48,399 bases of DNA. Origin: Pseudomonadota bacterium (GTDB lineage Bacteria > Pseudomonadota > Gammaproteobacteria > Burkholderiales > Burkholderiaceae). The stretch spans positions 1-48,399 of the forward strand of contig JBEDHB010000001.1 of NCBI GenBank assembly GCA_041174325.1, written 5' to 3'. The stretch's first letter is position 1. Each line of letters begins with the position of its first letter. The notes under the pieces were generated by a model, which saw only the letters and a program-made list of their open reading frames with translations, made no database searches and was not told where the DNA came from. The position numbers and the translations under genes were made by a program. Shown one piece after another: positions 28,916-38,396 of the stretch.

Positions 28916-29787
28916 TGACTCAATACCGCTTTGGCTTGCATGGTCAGCCAACCCTCATGATCTTCTGACCAGACCCGTAAGCTTTGACCGTTAGGATCAT
29001 CAGTATCCAATGCAGCATTGACTTTCATACGGTGGATATCAAAGGTTGGGCGTATCGCTCTGAACTCAAAGGATTGCAGTTTTCTGCCAGGATGATGTTG
29101 TCTGACCAAATCCACTAAGAGTGTTGCGATTAAAGGGCCGTGGACGATCAAGCCTGGGTATCCTTCCTCTTGCGTGACATAAGTGCGATCGTAATGAATC
29201 CGGTGACCATTAAAGGTGAGCGCAGAGTATCGAAACAAGAGAACCGGATCAGGATTGATGATTTTGGTCCACAGCGCATCCTGAGGGGCAGGGGTTGGAG
29301 CGGGGGGCTTCTCATTCGAACTTGGAGCTGCACGGTACACAATGTCATGCTCTTCAGTTAATGCAAGACCCTTCTGATTGGAGATTTGATGCTCAACCAA
29401 GACAAACAGCAAATCACCGCTGCGCCCTGATTTGTGTGTGACCGATTTGATGGTCGATACACGTTCGATAGCATCACCAATTTGGAGCTCGCCCATCCAG
29501 CGCAACCGACCACCGGCCCACATGCGGCGAGGCAGTGGAACAGGCGGCAAGAAACCGCCGCGCTTAGCATGACCGTCGGGACCGATTTCCGATTGTTTGG
29601 GATGTGGCAAAAAATACAACCAATGCCATAACTCAGGAAGAAAGACGCCTGGATTGGGCTCGGGGTCGTTGCGATCGAGGGTTGCGGAAAGAGCGCGGTA
29701 GGGGGCAGCAGTGACTTGATCTGGATAGCGCTCAGATTTACCAATCCACTCTTGGAGGTGAGATAGTGTGGCTTCGTCGATTCTCAT
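28912..29787 (-). CDS. Double hot-dog (MaoC/HTD2-like) acyl-CoA hydratase, itaconyl-CoA/mesaconyl-C4-CoA hydratase-like
   Basis: LWHWLYFLP, GPDGHAKRGGFLPPVPLPRRMWAGG, LLFRYSALTFNGHRIHYD, GLIVHGPL. Confidence 0.85.
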   Translation of the reverse strand: MRIDEATLSHLQEWIGKSERYPDQVTAAPYRALSATLDRNDPEPNPGVFLPELWHWLYFLPHPKQSEIGPDGHAKRGGFLPPVPLPRRMWAGGRLRWMGELQIGDAIERVSTIKSVTHKSGRSGDLLFVLVEHQISNQKGLALTEEHDIVYRAAPSSNEKPPAPTPAPQDALWTKIINPDPVLLFRYSALTFNGHRIHYDRTYVTQEEGYPGLIVHGPLIATLLVDLVRQHHPGRKLQSFEFRAIRPTFDIHRMKVNAALDTDDPNGQSLRVWSEDHEGWLTMQAKAVLSQ

Positions 29788-29827
29788 GACGTTATTATGC
29801 CAATCCCAATCTGGGCAAAATCAAATG

Positions 29828-31180
29828 CTAGCTTAATAAGATACCAGTGGGAGCAAAAAGAATTCCAACGGCAGCCCCAAGGCCTAAAGAGGGTATGACG
29901 CCCCATCGAAAGCGAGTCATTAAAAACAAGGTGGCAATACAAATCCCAAGCGATAGCCAAGAGATGGGCGTGCCTATTCCATCTGGAATAAACACATGGT
30001 AGGCAAAGAAAACACCTAAATTGGTAATGACCCCAACCACTGCGGCCGTGATTGCAGTAAGTGGGGCTGTAAAGCTGAGATTGCTATGAGTTGATTCGAT
30101 GAGTGGCGCACCAATCAGAATAAATAAGAATGAAGGAAGAAATGTGAACCACGTTGCAATCAGGGCACCAAATGAGCCCATGAAGAATGCAGATACCCCG
30201 GTTGAAACTTCATGAAAGTACGCCGCTAAGAAGCCAACATAAGCAACGATCATAATAAGCGGCCCAGGTGTTGTTTCCCCCAGTGCTAGCCCATCAATCA
30301 TTTGGGCTCCAGTCAGCCATTGATAAGTCTCAACAGTACTTTGATAAAGGTAAGGTAAAACAGCGTAAGCTCCACCAAATGTTAAAAGTGCTGCTTTCGT
30401 AAAGAACCACGCTAGCTGTGTATATAAAGAGTTCCAGCCACTCAACACAATAAGAAGAAAAAAAGGTGTTAGCCACAAAAGACTAGCAATCCACAATTGA
30501 TTCATCATTCTCTTTTTAGAGAAAGTGGCATGCAAAGGAATTGGGGTGTTGTCATCGATTAAAGCCGGACCGCCCGATTTTGAGAAGTGTGCATGCCCAG
30601 AGTTGGATTTGGTGAATAAAGCTGGTCGGTATTTCCCAGCAAAATAACCATACAGAGCAGCGCTTGCAATAATTAATGGAAAAGGTAGGTTGAATACAAA
30701 GATCGATATAAATGAGAGGATGGCCACAAGAGCCAACTGAATGTTATAGATACTTCGTTTAGCGATACGGATGACAGCGGTAATCACAATTGCGGTAACC
30801 ACAGGCTTAATACCAAAAAATAATGCCGAAATAAACGGGGTATGCCCATGCTCCACATAAACCCAAGAAAGGGCGATCAGGATCAAGAGCGAAGGCAAAA
30901 TAAATAACGTGCCCGCCAGGATGCCGCCCCAGGTCCGATGCATGAGCCAACCTAGATAAGTGGCTAATTGCTGCGCCTCAGGACCCGGAAGCAGCATGCA
31001 ATAGTTGAGGGCATGCAAAAAACGACGCTCTGAAATCCAACGTTTTTTTTCAACTAGCTCATCATGCATCATGGCAATCTGAGCGGTCGGTCCGCCAAAA
31101 CTAATAAATCCGAGTTTGAGCCAGTACCCTAGGGCCTCACGTAGCGGAATTTCTGGCTGGGTTTGATTTGAAGAATTAAT
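29828..31180 (-). CDS. chrA: Chromate efflux transporter (long-chain CHR); the conserved N-terminus extends upstream of the first ATG (31072)
   Basis: Both CHR repeats are present: LKLGFISFGGPTAQ…LPGPEAQQLA and LLTFGGAYAV…GETTPGP. The first motif lies in the 36 open codons 31073-31180. Confidence 0.85.
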   Translation of the reverse strand: MNSSNQTQPEIPLREALGYWLKLGFISFGGPTAQIAMMHDELVEKKRWISERRFLHALNYCMLLPGPEAQQLATYLGWLMHRTWGGILAGTLFILPSLLILIALSWVYVEHGHTPFISALFFGIKPVVTAIVITAVIRIAKRSIYNIQLALVAILSFISIFVFNLPFPLIIASAALYGYFAGKYRPALFTKSNSGHAHFSKSGGPALIDDNTPIPLHATFSKKRMMNQLWIASLLWLTPFFLLIVLSGWNSLYTQLAWFFTKAALLTFGGAYAVLPYLYQSTVETYQWLTGAQMIDGLALGETTPGPLIMIVAYVGFLAAYFHEVSTGVSAFFMGSFGALIATWFTFLPSFLFILIGAPLIESTHSNLSFTAPLTAITAAVVGVITNLGVFFAYHVFIPDGIGTPISWLSLGICIATLFLMTRFRWGVIPSLGLGAAVGILFAPTGILLS

Positions 31181-31183
31181 TTT

Positions 31184-31969
31184 TTAAACCTCGTCCATTC
31201 CGCCGACCACTTGGCTAAAGCCGTTATCCACATAAATAATTTCAGCGGTGATGCCGCTCGCTAAATCCGATAACAAGAACGAGGCAGCATTGCCCACATC
31301 ATCGACGGTTACATTGCGTCGCAGGGGGGCTGTTTTTTCAACAGCATCGAGAATTTTTCCAAACCCTTTAATTCCGGAGGCGGCCAAGGTTTTGATGGGA
31401 CCCGCTGAAATACCATTCACCCGTATTCCTTTGGGCCCCAGTGAGCCTGCCAAATAACGAACTGAAGCCTCCAATGAAGCTTTGGCTAATCCCATGGTGT
31501 TGTAGTTCGGGACATTGCGCATTGATCCTAAATAGGTCAGGGTCAGAAGGGCAGCATTGGGGCTTAGCATGGGCAACGCTTCTTTTGCCATCGCCGGGAA
31601 GCTGTACGCAGAGATGTCGTGGGCAATCTTGAATGCTTCACGACTTAAGCCCTCAAGAAAATCACCCGCAATTGCTTCACGGGGCGCAAATCCAATGGAG
31701 TGGACAAAGCCATCAAATTGGGGCCAGGATTTGCCAAGCTCCTCAAACAGTGCATGGATCTGCTCATCGCTACCCACATCGCAATCAAAAATGAGTGAGC
31801 TGTTGAATTCTTTAGCAAATTCAGTGATACGGTCTTTAAAGCGTTCCCCAACATAGGTAAATGCAAGTTCTGCACCCTCGCGGTGGCAGGCTTTGGCAAT
31901 GCCATAGGCGATTGAGCGGTTGGAGAGTAGTCCGGTAATGAGGATGCGTTTACCGCCTAAATAAGCCAT
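31184..31969 (-). CDS. fabI: Enoyl-ACP reductase
   Basis: [51 protein letters not shown]. Confidence 0.97.
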   Translation of the reverse strand: MAYLGGKRILITGLLSNRSIAYGIAKACHREGAELAFTYVGERFKDRITEFAKEFNSSLIFDCDVGSDEQIHALFEELGKSWPQFDGFVHSIGFAPREAIAGDFLEGLSREAFKIAHDISAYSFPAMAKEALPMLSPNAALLTLTYLGSMRNVPNYNTMGLAKASLEASVRYLAGSLGPKGIRVNGISAGPIKTLAASGIKGFGKILDAVEKTAPLRRNVTVDDVGNAASFLLSDLASGITAEIIYVDNGFSQVVGGMDEV

Positions 31970-32017
31970 GATGAGTCCTTTACTTCAAAATTGATTTGCT
32001 ATCTACAATTGTTGCAT

Positions 32018-33907
32018 ATGCTAAGCCAATTACCCCTACGATCATTCCCAAGCCAGTTTTGGACTCATTGGCGGTCCTTGGCCATCACGCTACTATGCTC
32101 GATGCTGATTTGTCCACTAGGAGCGGAGGCCGCACAGGGAATCGCGCAATATGGGAAGCCGAAATATGCCGATGGTTTTGCCCATTTTGACTATGTCAAC
32201 CCGAATGCGCCACGAGGCGGAACGCTCACACTCCCCAATCCGGATCGTCGTACGAGCTTTGATAAGTTCAATCCTTTTACCTTGCGGGGTGTAACCGCTC
32301 CAGGCATCGGCGCTTTGATGTTTGAGTCATTGGCGGTGAGCAGCGCGGATGAGGTATCGAGTGTGTACGGCTTAATTGCTGAAGAGATTAAGGTGGCTCC
32401 GGATCAAATGTCTGTGACTTTTCGACTGAGACCCGAGGCGCAGTTCTCCGATGGCAGCCCGATTCTCGCTGAAGATGTCAAACACAGTTTTGATACGCTC
32501 ATGAGTAAGCTCGCCAATCCGCAGTACCGCACCATTTATGCGGATGTGAAACAGGCGGTGGTGGTATCGGAGCGCGTGATTCGGTTTGACTTTAAGACCC
32601 GCAATAGCGAGTTGCCTTTGATGGTCGGCGGCATACCCGTTTTCTCTAAGCATTGGGGTAAGAAAACCGATGGCAGCCATACTCCCTTTGACAAGATTAC
32701 CTTTGAGCATCCAATTGGCAGCGGGCCTTACGTGATTGAGTCGTATCGCGCAGGCAAATCGATGATCTACAAGCGTAACCCGAACTACTGGGGCAATAAA
32801 GTGAATGTGCGGGTGGGATTCTTTAACTTTGATCGGATTGTTTACAAACTGTATAGCGATGACGCAGTGCGATTAGAAGCCTTTAAAGCGGGTGAGTTTG
32901 ATGCGCTCGTAGAGTACCGCGCTAAAAATTGGGCGAAGAGTTATGTGGGGCCCAAATTTAACAATGGCACTTTGATTAAAAAAGCATTCGCCAATCACAA
33001 CGGTGCCGGGATGCAGGGTTTTGCAATGAACTTGCGTCGTCCTATTTTTCAGGATGTGCGGGTGCGTAAAGCCCTTGGGTATGCGCTTGATTTCGAGTGG
33101 CTTAATCGCCAACTGTTCTACGATCAATACAGTCGGATTGAAAGTTATTTTCAGAACAGTGATTTGAGTGCTAATTACGAGGGTGAGACTGTACCCACTG
33201 CTGCAGAACTCAAACTCCTAAAACCCTTACAGGCGAAGTATCCTCAATTGGTCCCTGAGGCGGTGTTTGGGGCAATGCCGCCAGCGCCGAGCACTGCACC
33301 GCCCAGTAGTTTGCGCAGCAATCTTCGCAAGGCGAAAGAGTTACTCGCTGAAGCCGGGTGGACCTATCGCGATGGCGCATTGCGTAACGCAAAAGGGGAG
33401 GTATTCCGATTTGAAATCGTCGAAGATGGACCATTCTTTTTGCGGATTCTGACCGCCTATGTGCGTAATCTTGAGAAGTTAGGGATCAAGGTGGATATCC
33501 GCACCAGCGACTTTGCGCTTCATCAAAAACGCATGGATGACTATGATTTTGATATGACCACCATCCGCTTTCCCGACACCCAAAGCCCAGGGAACGAGCT
33601 CTACGATCGCTTTGGCAGTGCAGCAGCCAAAGAGAGAGGCTCCGATAATGTCATCGGTGTGCAATCACCGGTAGTCGATGCACTGATTGATACGATTGTG
33701 CGCGCTGAAACTAGGGAGCAGTTGCAAGCCGCAACGCGCTCACTCGATCGCGTGCTGTGGAACAGCTACTATGTTGTACCGCACTGGTATAGCCCAACCC
33801 ATCGAATTGCATACCGTAAAGAAATGGGCTATCCCAATCCGCCCTTGTTCTACTCTGCCGAATCATGGATTTTGTCAACCTGGTGGTTACAGGAGGCGCG
33901 CAAATGA
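32018..33907 (+). CDS. yejA: Microcin C/peptide ABC transporter substrate-binding protein
   Basis: YGKPKYADGFAHFDYVNPNAPRGG, FDKFNPFTLRG, SPGNEL; followed by yejB/E/F-like genes. Start uncertain (31991 or 32018). Confidence 0.88.
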   Translation: MLSQLPLRSFPSQFWTHWRSLAITLLCSMLICPLGAEAAQGIAQYGKPKYADGFAHFDYVNPNAPRGGTLTLPNPDRRTSFDKFNPFTLRGVTAPGIGALMFESLAVSSADEVSSVYGLIAEEIKVAPDQMSVTFRLRPEAQFSDGSPILAEDVKHSFDTLMSKLANPQYRTIYADVKQAVVVSERVIRFDFKTRNSELPLMVGGIPVFSKHWGKKTDGSHTPFDKITFEHPIGSGPYVIESYRAGKSMIYKRNPNYWGNKVNVRVGFFNFDRIVYKLYSDDAVRLEAFKAGEFDALVEYRAKNWAKSYVGPKFNNGTLIKKAFANHNGAGMQGFAMNLRRPIFQDVRVRKALGYALDFEWLNRQLFYDQYSRIESYFQNSDLSANYEGETVPTAAELKLLKPLQAKYPQLVPEAVFGAMPPAPSTAPPSSLRSNLRKAKELLAEAGWTYRDGALRNAKGEVFRFEIVEDGPFFLRILTAYVRNLEKLGIKVDIRTSDFALHQKRMDDYDFDMTTIRFPDTQSPGNELYDRFGSAAAKERGSDNVIGVQSPVVDALIDTIVRAETREQLQAATRSLDRVLWNSYYVVPHWYSPTHRIAYRKEMGYPNPPLFYSAESWILSTWWLQEARK

Positions 33908-34977
33908 ACTCCGAGATTCTGATCTACATTATTAAGCGGGTCTTGCTCATGATCCCCACCTTGCTTGGGGTTCTAACCCTGACCTTCGCAGTGGTGCAAT
34001 TTGTTCCTGGCGGACCTGTGGAGCAGCTGATGCTCGAGCTCAAAGGTAAGGGCGATGCAGCGGTCGGTGGCGAGTCCTCTGGAGGTGGCGTGACGTATCG
34101 CGGGCGTCAGGGAGTGGACGCGGAGCGGCTTGAGCAAGTCAAGGCCTTATATGGGTTTGATAAACCACCGCTTGAGCGCTACTTCATGATGCTCAAACGC
34201 TTTGCCCAGTTCGATTTGGGCCAAAGTTATTACCAACACAAAAGCGTTTGGGATTTGGTGGTCTCGAAGCTACCCGTTTCTATTAGCATTGGTCTTTGGA
34301 CCTTCTTTATCAGTTATCTGGTGTCCATCCCCCTGGGCATTGCCAAAGCGGTACGGGACGGCACGCGCTTTGATCGTGTAACGAGCACGATGATTTTGGT
34401 GGGCTATGCGATCCCGGGATTTGTTCTGGGGGTATTGCTATTGGTGCTCTTTGGCGGAGGAAGTTTTCTGCAAATCTTTCCTTTGCGCGGTTTGACCTCC
34501 GATAACTGGAGTGAACTTAGTCTGATTGGCAAAGTATTGGATTATCTGTGGCATTTGGTCTTGCCCATCACCGCATCAGTCCTCGGTAGCTTTGCAGTGA
34601 TCACGATGCTCACAAAAAACTCTTTTTTAGAAGAGATTCGCAAGCAGTACGTATTGACTGCCCGAGCAAAAGGGGTGAGTGAGAACAAGGTGCTGTGGAA
34701 GCACGTCTTTCGGAATGCCTTAATTCCGCTGATTACTGGATTTCCTGCGGCATTTATTGGCGCCTTCTTTGCCGGCTCACTCTTAATTGAAACCCTGTTT
34801 TCTCTGGATGGTCTTGGTTTACTTTCCTATGAAGCGGTGATGCGCAGAGATTACCCCGTGGTCTTTGGAACACTTTATTTGTTTACCTTGATTGGCCTGG
34901 TTACGAAATTAATTTCCGATCTTTGTTATGTACTGGTTGATCCTCGCATCCAATTTGGCTCTGGGGGTGGATCGTGA
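33904..34977 (+). CDS. yejB: ABC transporter permease
   Basis: YIIKRVLLMIPTLLG, QFVPGGPVEQ, LTKNSFLEEIRKQYVLTARAKG. ATG 33904 overlaps the yejA stop. Confidence 0.9.
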   Translation: MNSEILIYIIKRVLLMIPTLLGVLTLTFAVVQFVPGGPVEQLMLELKGKGDAAVGGESSGGGVTYRGRQGVDAERLEQVKALYGFDKPPLERYFMMLKRFAQFDLGQSYYQHKSVWDLVVSKLPVSISIGLWTFFISYLVSIPLGIAKAVRDGTRFDRVTSTMILVGYAIPGFVLGVLLLVLFGGGSFLQIFPLRGLTSDNWSELSLIGKVLDYLWHLVLPITASVLGSFAVITMLTKNSFLEEIRKQYVLTARAKGVSENKVLWKHVFRNALIPLITGFPAAFIGAFFAGSLLIETLFSLDGLGLLSYEAVMRRDYPVVFGTLYLFTLIGLVTKLISDLCYVLVDPRIQFGSGGGS

Positions 34978-35999
34978 GCAAATGGCTGCGTTTCAAAGCG
35001 AATCGCTTGGGCTATATCAGTCTGTGGATTTTCTCGATCCTTTTTGGCTTGAGTTTGTGTGCAGAGTTGATTGCGAATGACAAACCTTTAGTAGTGCGCT
35101 ACGAGGGCAAGTTTTATTTCCCATTAGTAAAAAATTATCCTGAGACTGTGTTTGGTGGTGACTTTGCCACACGCACCGATTACTTGGATCCAGACATTAA
35201 GAAGAACATTACCGACGGTTCGAACTGGGCCATTTACCCCATCATTCCGTATAGCTTTGAGACCCTCAATTACTTTGCTAAAGAGCCTAATCCAGCAGCA
35301 CCGTCTGCAGAGAACTGGTTGGGTACGGATGATCGGGGGCGCGATGTATTGGCTCGTCTTATCTATGGGTTTCGTTTATCCATTCTGTTTGGTATCGCTC
35401 TGACTATTGTGGGTGTGGTGATTGGGGTAATCACCGGCGCACTCATGGGATTTTTTGGTGGACGCTTTGACCTCATTACCCAACGCATCATCGAGATTTG
35501 GTCGGCGATGCCCGAGTTGTATCTGCTGATTATTTTTGCGTCGATCTTTAACCCCAGCGTTCTCCTATTAATTATTTTGTTAGCTGCATTTGGGTGGATG
35601 GGTTTATCCGACTATGTGCGTGCCGAGTTCTTTCGTAATCGCGCTCTCGAATATGTGCGGGCAGCCAAAGCTTTAGGGCTCACCAATGCGCAGATTATGC
35701 GGCGTCATATCTTGCCAAACAGCTTAACCCCCGTCATTACTTTTTTGCCATTTCGGATGAGCGCGGCGATTTTGTCGCTCACGAGCTTGGATTTCTTGGG
35801 ATTGGGGGTGCCACCCGGAACACCCAGCTTGGGCGAGTTGCTATCGCAGGGTAAGGCAAACCTAGACGCCTGGTGGATTTCCGTATCCACCTTCTTTGTA
35901 CTCGGAGGCACCTTGCTTTTATTAACATTTATGGGCGAGGCATTGCGAGATGCATTTGATTCTCGCAAAAGTAATCCGCTAACGGGGGCGCGTGCATGA
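34974..35999 (+). CDS. yejE: ABC transporter permease
   Basis: ELIANDKPL, WLGTDDRGRDVLARLIYGFRLS, LTSLDFLGLG. Confidence 0.9.
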   Translation: MSKWLRFKANRLGYISLWIFSILFGLSLCAELIANDKPLVVRYEGKFYFPLVKNYPETVFGGDFATRTDYLDPDIKKNITDGSNWAIYPIIPYSFETLNYFAKEPNPAAPSAENWLGTDDRGRDVLARLIYGFRLSILFGIALTIVGVVIGVITGALMGFFGGRFDLITQRIIEIWSAMPELYLLIIFASIFNPSVLLLIILLAAFGWMGLSDYVRAEFFRNRALEYVRAAKALGLTNAQIMRRHILPNSLTPVITFLPFRMSAAILSLTSLDFLGLGVPPGTPSLGELLSQGKANLDAWWISVSTFFVLGGTLLLLTFMGEALRDAFDSRKSNPLTGARA

Positions 36000-37651
36000 G
36001 TTTGCTACGCTACGAGCAACTCTCGATCTCGTTTGGTGCCGGGCGGCGTGAGAAGTATGCCGTACGTGATCTGGATCTCGGTATAGAGCCAGGTGAGCGT
36101 ATTGCCTTGGTTGGTGAATCCGGTTCCGGAAAAACACTCTCTGCATTGGCACCTTTGCGCCTCACCCCAGAAGGTGCTCGTTTGCAGGGCCGCATTCTTT
36201 GGCAACGTGAGGATGGCAAAGAGGAAAATCTACTGGATTTATCCATCGAACGTATTCGGGAGATTCGGGGGCGTGAGATTGCGATGATCTTTCAAGAGCC
36301 AATGACCGCACTGAACCCCTTGTTTACGATTGGTAATCAAATTGTTGAAGCGGTTCAGGTGCATGAGCCCTTGATGCCTTTGGAGGAATGCCGCCATACT
36401 GCGACCGCACTCCTGAAGAAAACCGGGATCCCGCAACCGGAGGAACGTTTTTATGCTTATCCTCATCAGCTATCGGGTGGGCAACGTCAACGCGCCATGA
36501 TTGCGATGGCGCTAGCCTGTAAACCACGCTTGCTGATTGCCGATGAGCCAACCACTGCCTTGGATGTGAGTTTGCGCCTCCAGATTTTGGATTTACTGCG
36601 GGATCTGCAAGAAGAAGCTAAAGAGCGTGGCGGCATGGCGATTTTATTAATCACGCATGACCTCAACTTAGTAAAGCATTTTGCAAACCGGGTAGGAGTT
36701 TTAAATCAGGGATGCTTACTAGAGTCTGGATCAACCCATGAGGTTTTTTCACATCCCACCAATCCTTACACCGAACAATTGGTGAACAGTCAGCCTGAGC
36801 GTGAGCTACTACCTGTGGTGCCGTTGGCACCCGTCTTATTGACCGCTAATCAATTGAGCGTGTCGTATCCGCAATCCAATTTTGCAAGCGGTGGCTTTCG
36901 TTGGCGCGATTGGTTTACCAAGGCCAAGCGCCATCAAGTGCTCAAGCCCTTAAGTCTTGAACTTAAACAAGGGCAAACGATTGGTGTGATTGGTGAATCC
37001 GGTTCTGGTAAAACAACCTTGGCCATGGCTATCTTGGGATTGCTTGGGGAGACAACTGCCAAGGTAGAGGGCGATGTCTCGGTCTTGGATCAATCGTGGT
37101 CATCCTTGAGCCCGATCGAGCGTCGTGCGATGCGCGCTCATTTGCAGGTTATTTTTCAGGATCCCTTTGGTTCTTTGTCGCCACGCATGACCATCTTCCA
37201 GATTGTGTCGGAGGGTTTAGATGTCCATCAACCTCATTTGTCGCATGTCGAGCATGAGACCCGAGTGGTTGAGATATTGCGTGAGGTCGGTTTGGATCGT
37301 TCCGCCCTCCAGCGCTATCCCCATGAGTTTTCAGGTGGACAACGCCAGCGCATTGCCATTGCGCGCGCACTGATCCTCAAGCCACAAATTTTGGTTCTTG
37401 ATGAACCGACCTCAGCCTTGGATGTTTCGATCCAAAAGCAGGTTTTAAAGCTACTGAGCGAACTCCAAAAAAAGTACAACCTTGCCTATCTCATCATTAG
37501 TCATGATCTGGCAGTGATTCGGGCAATGTCACACGAGCTCATGGTTCTGCGTGACGGGGAGGTGGTGGAGTATGGCGAGACCGAAGCCATGGTTCGTGAC
37601 CCCAAAGAGCCCTATACCAAAGCCTTATTTAAGGCGGCTGAGCTGACCTAG
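35996..37651 (+). CDS. yejF: ABC transporter ATP-binding protein with two fused NBDs
   Basis: Two Walker A motifs (GESGSGKT), LSGGQRQR and FSGGQRQR signatures, two DEPT Walker B motifs. Confidence 0.9.
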   Translation: MSLLRYEQLSISFGAGRREKYAVRDLDLGIEPGERIALVGESGSGKTLSALAPLRLTPEGARLQGRILWQREDGKEENLLDLSIERIREIRGREIAMIFQEPMTALNPLFTIGNQIVEAVQVHEPLMPLEECRHTATALLKKTGIPQPEERFYAYPHQLSGGQRQRAMIAMALACKPRLLIADEPTTALDVSLRLQILDLLRDLQEEAKERGGMAILLITHDLNLVKHFANRVGVLNQGCLLESGSTHEVFSHPTNPYTEQLVNSQPERELLPVVPLAPVLLTANQLSVSYPQSNFASGGFRWRDWFTKAKRHQVLKPLSLELKQGQTIGVIGESGSGKTTLAMAILGLLGETTAKVEGDVSVLDQSWSSLSPIERRAMRAHLQVIFQDPFGSLSPRMTIFQIVSEGLDVHQPHLSHVEHETRVVEILREVGLDRSALQRYPHEFSGGQRQRIAIARALILKPQILVLDEPTSALDVSIQKQVLKLLSELQKKYNLAYLIISHDLAVIRAMSHELMVLRDGEVVEYGETEAMVRDPKEPYTKALFKAAELT

Positions 37652-37742
37652 ATATAAAAAACTATATAAAACAAGTACTTATAGTTTGACATTTAGGCTT
37701 CAATCACTTCCACTTTTGCTAAGGCTTTGCTAGAATCCCCTC

Positions 37743-38396
37743 ATGTCTATTCGTAAGCAAATGACTCGTTTGCCTTTTCAATTCCTAACTGCCATGGTTT
37801 TGGGTGGGTTTGTGTCGATTGCCAGTGCCAACACGGGTGTTGACGCAGTAGCAAAGGAGGCCCCAAAGCCAGAGGTTCGGATTGAGGGCAACTCTTCTTA
37901 CTTTGCACGCTTTACACATCAAGTAGTAGATTCGGTATCAAGTAGCACGGAAGCACTTATCAACGAGGCAATGCAATTGATTGGAGTTCGCTATCGCTGG
38001 AACGGTGATCTGCCACAATCGGGTTTGGATGCGAGTGGTTTTGTGCGATTTGTTTTTAGAGACAAATTGGGATTTTTACTCCCACCCAAGTCCTCGCAAA
38101 TGAGTAAAGTAGGAAAACCCATATCACGGGATGAGTTAGAGCCTGGTGATTTGGTGTTTTTTAATACGATGCGCTTGACCTTCTCACACGTTGGTATTTA
38201 CGTGGGCGATAACAAATTTATTCACTCCCCATCAAAAGGTTCTTCTGTCCGAATTGATGATTTGGCGAGTGCCTACTGGGATAAGCGTTTTGATGGTGCT
38301 AGACGATTAGACGGTAGTGATCAGTTGAGTCATGCTGAACGCAATAATCTGATTCAGGAAGCAAAAAAATTACGCGCACAACCACGTAAGCTTTAA
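37743..38396 (+). CDS. NlpC/P60 (C40) family protein with the catalytic Cys replaced by Ala
   Basis: Signal peptide, GVRYRWNG, GLDASGFV, LEPGDLVFF, SHVGIYVGDNKFIHS, YWDKRFDGARR. Confidence 0.88.
   Translation: MSIRKQMTRLPFQFLTAMVLGGFVSIASANTGVDAVAKEAPKPEVRIEGNSSYFARFTHQVVDSVSSSTEALINEAMQLIGVRYRWNGDLPQSGLDASGFVRFVFRDKLGFLLPPKSSQMSKVGKPISRDELEPGDLVFFNTMRLTFSHVGIYVGDNKFIHSPSKGSSVRIDDLASAYWDKRFDGARRLDGSDQLSHAERNNLIQEAKKLRAQPRKL

Noticed and set aside
36111-37016. Direct repeat TTGGTGAATCCGGTTC…AAAACA at ~36111 and ~36990
   Set aside because: It encodes the two Walker A motifs of the fused ABC ATPase and is not a mobile-element repeat.
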